Source: the human T2T-CHM13v2.0 reference genome, Homo sapiens
Direction: 5' to 3' (one strand)
NCBI RefSeq assembly: GCF_009914755.1
Contig: NC_060926.1
Length of the DNA stretch: 64,000 bases
Shown: piece by piece, positions 54,491-64,000 of the stretch
Layout: every line of letters starts with the position of its first letter
How positions within the stretch are numbered: the first letter of the stretch is position 1
The notes under the pieces: generated by a model
Seen by the model: only the letters and a program-made list of their open reading frames with translations
What the model was told of the DNA's origin: nothing
The model's database searches: none
Made by a program: the position numbers and the translations under genes

Positions 54491-55334
54491 CAGAGAATGA
54501 TCAAAGAGGCTGGAAGGAGAAGTGGATTTGTGTAATGAAAATATTTACTCATCTAATATTTAACTCATAGAATTTAAATGATTACTCAAAGTTAACCAGC
54601 TAGCTAATGGTAGAACTCAGGCTAGATAGAGAGAAGTCATCTGGAATCATAGTGTTTCATTCTTTACCCTGTAATTATGCCTTTGATGAAAGATAAAAGG
54701 ACATGGCATCATTTTATGTAGGATGGTAAAATCAAGAGATTACCATTATCCTCATCTTACTATATGAAGTGGGCCTTGTGACCTATGCTACTGAAGGAGA
54801 GAATGAATATTTTGAAAAGGCCAAATATAATCGAATGTGTATATGTTTTCCCTGTTAAATTTTAAAAGCAGTGAAGATCACTGTCAAGTGAACCTTTAGT
54901 TTAGCTATGTTTTATCTTAAATAATTGATAGTAGCCTCTAGTCCTTTGATTTATAAATGGGAAAACATGAAATAGTTATTTTTAAGAGTGATTTATGGCT
55001 ACTTTTGAAGCTGGTTGATTGATTTATCCACCAGTACTTCCTACAAGAATTCGAATTCAGGGTAAATTCAGAAAATAATAAGAGAAACTAAGATGCAAAG
55101 GGGAAAGAAAAATATCAAGAAATCTTGGTTATGAAAAAGCCACAATTGAACACAAAACTTACTTCTGCAAACATAGTAATCAGATAAAAGAGGAAACACA
55201 GTGTTGGTTACATAGCTCATATTGTCTGGGAAGGCTGTGAAATCATCAGCCCAGATTAAAAAAAAAAAAAAAAATTCCAGGTCAATACTCCAAGAGGAAT
55301 TTGACCCAGGGGATACTGGCAAAAGTACCATTGG

Positions 55335-55570
55335 CTATATAATTATCAAGATCTTTCAATCCAGAAGGCCTGCTGTCAAATCCAGGCTCCTATGATTTAC
55401 TCTGTTACTTAACAGTTGGACAAGTTTCTTAATAGTCTCAGTTTTCTCATCTGTTAATAGTAGATGAAAATAATAAAACTTACCTAAGTTTTGTTTTTAA
55501 TATGGTTTACATGAGTTAATATTTATAGTTGATCAAATCAAGTCTTAGAGCAATGCCTCATTCATGGCTA
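55335..55570 (+). mobile_element. MIR
   Basis: tcaaatccaggctc...ttggacaagtttcttaa..tctcagttttctcatctgt. Confidence 0.7.
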
Positions 55571-55714
55571 AGGGTTTTATTTGCATTTCTTTGATAAGCA
55601 AATGAATATTCTAAATAGCAGTTTTACAAAGAACATTCTTAAATTAGTGTGATTGAAATTATTACAGTTAATTATTGCAGTGACATAAAAGCTGATCATT
55701 GTTTTGTAACTTAA

Positions 55715-55950
55715 TTTTCTTTTCTTTTCTTTTTTTTTTTTTAAGAGAGTCAGGATAGCTCTCTGTTGCCCAGGCTGGGGTACAGTGTTGTGACTATATA
55801 GTTCACTGCAGCCTCGAACTCCTGGGCTTGAGCAATAATCCCACCTCAGCCTCCCGAGTAACTGGGACTACAGATGTGCACCACCACATCTGACTAATTT
55901 CTAAAAAAACTCTTTTAGAGATGGGGGTCTCTCTATGTTGCTCAGGCTTG
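55715..55950 (-). mobile_element. AluJ, 5'-truncated
   Basis: ctctgttgcccaggctgg...cactgcagcctcgaactcctgggcttgagc...ctatgttgctcaggct. Confidence 0.92.
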
Positions 55951-58900
55951 TACCTTAACTTTATATTGATTTCCTTCCCAATATTTAAAAACCTTTTCCC
56001 AAATGTCTGATGTCATTTTTTTAAACGAACAAATCAAACTAATGAAAAACATATTTTCTTCCACATCAGAGTGCCTATTTCTTACGCTTGCTCTTCAAAA
56101 TGTAGTACCCCAAATAACATATATCAGATTCAAATTTTTCTATCCAGACCTTGGTCAACTCTAAATTAGAGCATTTGTATAATGTAAGTGCCTAGAAAAA
56201 CCTCACATAGCAACAATCAGCTGAACTAACCTATGCTTACATAGGGAGTGCAAAGTTTAGGACAACCTGCCAACTAAGTTTTCTCCTCCAAGGACTAAAA
56301 ATTGCCTAGTTTTTGTTTGTTTGCCCTCATTGGGAGTCTTTAAAATGAAAAATTTTTGCTTAAGCATTTTTAAATGAAATCAGATCAAATATGCTCAAAA
56401 AAACTATAGACAAAAACCTATGTATATGGAAAGACAACATAGTCTGTTACACTTTATTTATATACAGCTTTAATTCTGTTAAATTGCTACACCACATTTT
56501 TATTTTTGCCCCTGAACTATGCTGATACCATATGTTATAAATGAATGCTTTGTGATTCCCTTTAGGTTAACTTATTTAGCACCTACTATCTACATCAATA
56601 ATGTTATCATTTATCTCAATAAAATATATTTTTTCTTGTATGTGTATCTTATCTACACTGCTATGTTAGAGCAATTTTAGAGAAAGACTCAGTCAACTGT
56701 TTTTATAGTGCTCTTATTTCTTAATACAGTGCTTTAAACAGATTTGGTACTATATTTGTAATAAAAATTGTCATAGAGATAAAACCCTTCATCAATAAAG
56801 TGTTATAAAATATTCCACTGCTGTCTAATCATTCATTCATTAAAAAGCACTTTCAATGCAGTTTCCTTTCTCTTTTTCTAAATTCAAATACCGACGTTCT
56901 TTTTAAATTTAGGCCTTTGCACTTTGTCTAAATTGACCAAGCTATTATGGTCTTCTGTAGTTCTTAAACAAACATCTCTTTGGTGTCTCTTAAATCTTTT
57001 CAGTGTTTATAAAAAGGCTGTCAAGTGTTTTTAGCCTCTTTTCAGAATTTATATTATCATAGTCTTTCAGTTCCTAATATACAACTCAAACACTGGTGTT
57101 CATTTAGAGTACTATCTTCATACTATGTACTTTAAAAAAAGTGAGCTTATGTCTTAAAATAGTATATGACTTCAATATGATAGCAGAACTAAAACTAGGA
57201 TTAAAGTCTAGCATTCAGAAACACCTGTTAACTTATTCTCAATTTCTTTTAACTCAGGCTACAGAACATAGTGAACTTTTACTTTTTTCTTGTTTATTTT
57301 TACTTGTTTTTCTATCATATAATTCTCATAATATTTTTTATTTCTAAATAAAAAATTAATTTTGACAGTAAATTGAATGTAAAATTGGACATACATACAC
57401 TTAACAGTAACGCAGAATTGTAGCACAATGTATCTTGGTCTTAATGTTTAATGTTTTCATGTAAAAGGTTATTTGGTGGTAGATTTCTTTAGGAGCAGGA
57501 TCTTAGGAGCCATCAAAATAGTTAACTTATCTCATTTTCACTCGGTTCAAATCTCTCATTTAGTTATAGCAGAACTTAAAATTCTTATTTGCAAATCCAT
57601 GTTGCAAACTGGATGGAAGTTTATTTTTCATTGCAGGGAGTGAGAATTTTATTATAAGTCATTCATTTTTGTCATTTAAACTTTGATTAATTCTAAGAAT
57701 AGTTGAAGTTACTGTGAGAAATATTTGAGAATCTAAAGAATTAATTTAGGAGAGTCTCAATGACCTAGAAGGCATATAAGATTAAATTCAATGTGATGTA
57801 ATGAAAACATTGTAATATATTTTGACACAACCCATTCATTTGATATATTGTTTATCATATCTATGTATTTCAGGAGGTCATAGTCATAAACTGTGAATGT
57901 CCTTTTTTAAAATCTCTAATAATTGAAGTGAAATTAATTGTGATATGAAATAATAAAATTATAAAAAAAATTAGTGTAGCTTGCAGATTATTAATTGTTA
58001 TGGAACTTTTTGATGCGTTACTAAAAGTTGATATGTCACCACCCGTCTCCATGGACACAGTAATGTGTGTTTTAGAGAAATCATCCAGTATATCTTGTAC
58101 TAAGAGCCAAAAGATATTTTCAATAGAATTAATAAATTATTGCTTAGATTTCTTTTTAACAAAGCAATTTTTTATCAAGACTTATCTAGCTAAGTACAAT
58201 AACAACAATAGGAAGAAATCAGAATCTCTCTCATTACCTGCTTCTGTAATTGTGCATGCATAAAGTATGCCTGAAGGCTTTGGAAAGAGAGATTCTGCAA
58301 ACTGAATACTAATTTTGTGAATACTGTAATTTCATGTCTGCCATCCATGTTCAAGCCGGTTGTGGCTTGAGGAGCAGCTGAGGCTTTATGGAAAACTTTG
58401 TAAAACATTCTATTTAGAAGCAATTCTTGTTCTTTGCATTATGTGCTCTGGGTATTTTTCTTCCTTTGTGTTTTATTTTGAGCGCATTTGTATGAAAACA
58501 AGATCTTTGTTTCTTACAAGCACATCTGCTCTTGCTGCTTATAGATTAGGAGAAGTCATCATCCTCTGTGACATCATAATCATTTCCATGGCAACCAGTT
58601 TGGCTTACTTGCTTTGAAAATGTAATAAAAAGTTAGAGAACATTAGCAGCAGCAAAGTGGTTATCTCAAAACAGATACATAATAACTTCTTAGTGATCTG
58701 CACCCACTGTGTGTGGCCCATTCATTACAAGGCACCAAAGCTTTAGCCTATTGTGTTTAATTCCCTTAAAGTTCATGTGACTGTCAATTCCTGTTATCCA
58801 CAATTTAGAGAAAAATTAGAATGCTTGAGGAAACAAATTTTGAAGTGACCAATTTTATTGTACCTTAATGCCCTGTCACATGGCTTTGCTTAGTTCACTA

Positions 58901-59983
58901 AGGGAAAAAAAATGTGTGAGACCTTGGTGTTTTATGTCCTACTGTAAATAATTATATCGATTTGAATAACATCTGGAAAAATCTTGAAGCCCTTTACTTG
59001 AAATGATTTTATGAACAGGCACTACATTCACTCAACCACTTTAGTAGTGTCACTAGTGTGATGAAATGTGGCTGTGAAAGACCTGAGAACATAATCATTT
59101 GGATAGCCAGACAGCCAAGGCTAGTAAAAAGCACCGGAACTAGGAATAGACTTTGTAGCATGTTCTACTACATCAGTATTTGTTAAAATTATGAATTTTT
59201 AGATACAATAGTCAAGCAATCCATAAAGAAGTATTTATTGAGTACTTGTATTGGGGGTCATGTGTGAAATAACAGTAGTATAGACACAATATCTGACCTC
59301 CTAAGCCTTTCTTTGAGATTAATGTCTAATTATTCCTGTCACTATTTTTTTTCCAGCACTACCAAAATATTTTTAATTAAATCCTTATTCCTTTAAATTG
59401 TTTCATTTTATTTTTAAAAGTGTACATGTTTGATATGAACCACAATTAGTTCAGGAGAGTTGGTTAGCTGGGCCTAAGTAAGCTCTTTTGTGTTGAATAC
59501 TAAGAACAACTGGAGATACAGAACTCAGAGGCAGATGTTGACTGGGTTTACTTGCATTCAGAATGGCAGCAATTGGATATGTGATCTTGGACCTGAGTAT
59601 GAAGCCAATATCGGTGATAGAGGTAACAAACACACGGAATTGTGAGTCTCGAGAAAGGTCAGAAATGAGAGGATCAGCATGAGAAACAAGGACAAACCAT
59701 CCAAATCAAGGGAAGAAAGCCCAGGTGATCTATCTAAGGAGAGGTGGGGCAGGTGTTTTGCAATGGTCAAAATGGCAGGCAAATGAAAGAGATCTAAGCA
59801 GTGGGGTGTTCAGTGTTGGAAAGTCCAGTTGCAGGAATCAGGGCCCCAGTCAAGGAAAATTGAGCTCAGAAGTAGAGTATCCATTCACCGTGGTAGCAAG
59901 GGACAAGACAGGAATCAATTGACAACAGTCTAAATTAGTAAACGTCCCAATGGGTGAGCGTAGTATGTGCATATATTCATATA

Positions 59984-60322
59984 CAGGTGTCCCTCAGTAT
60001 CCTGGTATTCTAGGACCTCCCCAGGAATACCAAAATTCATCGATGGTCAAGTCCCTGATATAGAATGTTGTAGTAGTTGAATGTAACTTGTGCATATCAT
60101 CCCAGATACATTAAATTATCTCTACATTACTAAAAAAAATCTAATACAATGTAAATTCTATGTAAATAATTGTTTAAGGAATAATGACAACAACAAAAGT
60201 GTCTGTACATGTTCATTATAGACACCAACATTCTATTTTTTTTGAATATTTTCAATCCATGTTTGGTTGAACGCACAGATGCAGAACCCACAGATATGGA
60301 ACCCATAAATACGGAGGGCCAG
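59984..60322. mobile_element. MER2 (TcMar-Tigger)
   Basis: ta|caggtgtccctcagtatcc...ataccaaaatt...caagtccctgatata...gatgcagaacccacagatat...acggagggccag. Confidence 0.85.
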
Positions 60323-60899
60323 TTTTTTTTTTTAATTTATTTGGTCATTCAGTGATAAACACTCTATTAGACACAGGGATTGAATAAAACTGACGAAGTT
60401 AACCTTATGAAACACATTAAACTGGGTTAAACAGAAAATGAATAATTAATTCAACAAATGCATGTACAATCACAATGTGTATTATGTGTCATGGATCAAA
60501 TATGACATGAAAAGGAATAAAGCAATGGGGTGGAGGATGCTATGGAGGATGCTAAGGCCACTTGGAGAATATAACATTGGTTAAAAAATATTCTTTACCT
60601 CACCCTCCACCCACAGCTCTGTGGCCCACCAAATTTAAAACTACAGCTACTTAACACATATATCCAGGGTTAGCCCCATTCCCAGGTTTTGTTATCAACC
60701 AGTGACACCCCCTGCACCAAGTGATTCTCACCACCAAAATCTCCTTTACACTCCTGAATTACCTCATATGTCTGTCCAGTTTCCAAGGTTAGCTGACATC
60801 CTTAATCTGATTTGCCTTGTTGCCAGTTAAGCCCTCAGTGATAAGTTCCTGAGTTGCAAATCACATATTAGGAGGGTGGGGGTTTCTTCTAGTAAGGAG

Positions 60900-61210
60900 A
60901 GAACTAGTATTTGTTACAAATAAGCCCCTAAATCTCTTAATATAGTGCCCAAAGCTTTTAGAGAGATTCAGGACCTTTCTGAACTGTTGATCAATCGTCT
61001 CTTCGGAAGATTTGAATCCTCCCCTGGCCCCTCTGCATAAACTTGTCAGACAAAGGAGGGAAGGGAGCAGAGAATCATAGGGGGAGTTTCTAGGGGTCCA
61101 GCACGGAACTGCCGTGCATCAGTCACATGGCATACCTAACAGTAAGAGAAGGGTCAGGGGGACTGGCAAATAGGTGTGTGTGCTCTGAAGGAAAAAAAGA
61201 AATAGGTTTT
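60900..61210. mobile_element. MaLR LTR (MLT1-like) remnant
   Basis: tgttacaaataagcccctaaatctc...gattcaggacc...cagtcacatggcatacctaac. Confidence 0.55.
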
Positions 61211-61391
61211 GGTGAGTCAAAAGTCTTAATCTTTTTATTCACCTAAAACATCCGTTTTACTCTTTTGTCCACACAAAGAATTTACTTATCCTCAACCCAA
61301 GTGAAATCATCAGGTGGGCCTACTTAGGTGGGTCCTTGGAATTGGTTTAATGCTCTGTTATCAATGTCTTGAAATTACTAATAATTTTATC

Positions 61392-61687
61392 TTTTTTTTT
61401 TTTTTTGAGATGGAGTCTCGTTCTGTCACCCAGGATGGAGTGCAGTGGCACGGATCTCAGCTCACTGCAACCTCCACCTCCCAGGTTCCAAATTTCTCCT
61501 GCCTGTGCTTCTGAATAGCTGGGACTACAGGCGCTTGCCACCATGCCTGGCTAATTTTTGTAATTTTAGTAGAGACGGGGTTTCACCATATTGGTCAGGC
61601 TGGTCACGAACTCCTGACCTCAGGTGATCCACCTGTCTTGGCCTCCCAAAGTGCCAGGATTACAGGTGTGAGCCACCGTGCCTGGCC
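61392..61687 (-). mobile_element. AluS with TSD
   Basis: Reverse Alu with TSD aataattttatcttt. Confidence 0.96.
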
Positions 61688-61911
61688 AATAATTTTATCT
61701 TTAAGCTTGTGGGGTTTTTTGTTTGTTTTTTGTTTTTCATTTTTTTTTTAATCAAATCTGATGGGATAACGGAGTATGCATGTGAGAAAAGATATCTGCA
61801 ATAAGTATGTCCGCTGTTCCTTGCTGTCCCATTCATATATTAGCATTTTTAATGTCCCATGAGCACAGAATTCCAGTAGACCTATGATGCTAGGGAGTTT
61901 AGCAAATGAAA

Positions 61912-62273
<362 letters not shown>

Positions 62274-63889
62274 TCAGACACAAAAAGAAGGCAGTAGCAT
62301 TCTAAGAAGCACAAAAGTCCAAATAATCTTTTGCTATATTTCCCTGTATTTGCCAACCATTTACACTAAAATGATGTCATGGAAAGAAAGGGAATGATAG
62401 AGCAATCATAGTTCCTTCTCCTTTTATTCCTGCCTTAGGAAGGAATAACGTAAGCCAAAGGTAGAGAGCATTGCTAGACTATGCACACATTGTGAAGCAA
62501 AATGAAAATAGCCAAATTAGTTGTGTGCAGCATCTCCACTGTTCCGGGAAAAACAAAATGTGTAGGCATGTATAAGCTCAAGAAATACAAATTGTATAAG
62601 TTCAGTAATTCTACATGCAAGTTAGTGCTATTGTGTTTGTATTTAAAACTGGCATTGCACAAGATAAAGATGAACATTAAAATCAGATTTTCCCTGATTT
62701 AGAATGGCAATAAGTAACAAATATAAAACACCATTACCACTCAAAACATACAACAGAAGATAAGAGAAAGTTTTATATTTTAGTACTTTTAATGGCACAT
62801 TTTCTTTGCTTCTTTGAACTAGAGTTCTTACATTTTCAATTTGAACTGCAAATTATTTAGCCAGACCTCGATTGGGTGATCTATGTTGTCTCCCTGGCAT
62901 AACTGTAATAAAAGCTTCCATTCAGAAAAAGGAAGAATAGGATACACAGAGCAGTCAATGACCCATAGAAATTATTAAATCCTTCTGTGTAGGCACTGCA
63001 ACTACCCAAAATGTGAGGTAGTTTCTTGTCTGTTCATGATTCTTCTTCCCATGGCTCTTGGCTACTGTCTCTCAGTTTCTTTCTTAACCATTACTGCCCT
63101 CCATGGCAATATCTGAAATAATTGTTGGGGAATATTATCTTCTTGGGGCTTGCACAGCTTTCATATCTCTCTTCCTTCCCATGGGTTATTTTTAAGGCCT
63201 TTTTAGCCTAACACATGATTTCTTTGGCACTACAATTTCTTCAAAAATTTCTTAGTAAGCTTCTGATCTATTTGCTTCCAGTTAATTCCATGTGCCAAGG
63301 TTTTTATTAGATGTAGTTATTCAACTCTCCTTACTCTTTGTTTCCTAGTCCTGTTTCTTCTTCAGCTTGATGGCAGGTACCTTGAGGCTATCTGAAACAA
63401 TATGCTACAGTGGAAAAGTATCTCTCTTAATCTGATGTTTACTGAAGGGCTGAGTTGTTTGAGAAATCTCACCGGCTCTTTGTCACTCAGGACCATTTTT
63501 TATTTGGGGTCCAAAAGCTATCAACTTTTCAACCATGTAAGGCCCTTGATCTCTGAACTTTCTTCTGTCCATTCTCTGCTTGGAAATCAGCTCGAGCTCA
63601 CCTGAGTGCATATCTTTCTTGCTTAAGTTCTGGCCAACTCACTAACCCTCTGACAGTTCCAACTACTTGCCCTAGAGCCACAGATTCAGTAGATGTGTGG
63701 TCTGCTTTCCAAGCTCTCCCATGACAGCTTTACTGAAAACCTGCTGAGACACAGCAGAACTCTCCAAACAGCCAGGCTGCTCTATCATAGCCTCACTTTC
63801 TGTTGGCCAGCCACTAAATTAATGCCACTTATTTTTGGATATTGTGATTATAGTAGCACATGTCAAAGTACCAATTTCTGTACTTAGCA

Positions 63890-64000
63890 AGGTGGAATAG
63901 CTACTGTAACCAAACACCAAAATCTCAATGCCTTAATATACTAATAGTTAATTTCTATTGACATAACATATTACTGTGAGTTTATAATACCAGGCTCCTT
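63890..64000. mobile_element. Start of MLT1-like LTR
   Basis: ctactgtaaccaaacaccaaaatctcaatgccttaa. Confidence 0.5.

Noticed and set aside
59420-59930. Possible LTR remnant
   Set aside because: The composition is suggestive but I could not match it to a family.

Overview
Primate (human-like) genomic DNA containing the 5' end of IKZF2 (Helios, Ikaros-family zinc-finger transcription factor) on the minus strand. It has a CpG-island promoter (~42470-43250), two probable non-coding 5' exons (donor at 42259; exon 40984-41087), the first coding exon (39436-39484, METEAIDGYIT) and the second coding exon (38548-38652, [35 protein letters not shown]). Bases 1-38547 are part of the following long intron, and ~43300-64000 is upstream intergenic DNA. 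The rest is mostly interspersed repeats (Alu, L1, L2, CR1/L3, MIR, hAT/Tigger DNA transposons, MaLR LTRs). Nearly all other listed ORFs are spurious. I see no convincing novel multi-gene system. The most interesting signals are post-transcriptional: a candidate poison exon or exon extension flanked by a (UG)7 acceptor and a hairpin-masked 5' splice site, stacked uORFs, and an alternative donor that would convert a uORF into an N-terminal extension. Repeat boundaries and subfamilies were judged by eye and are approximate.
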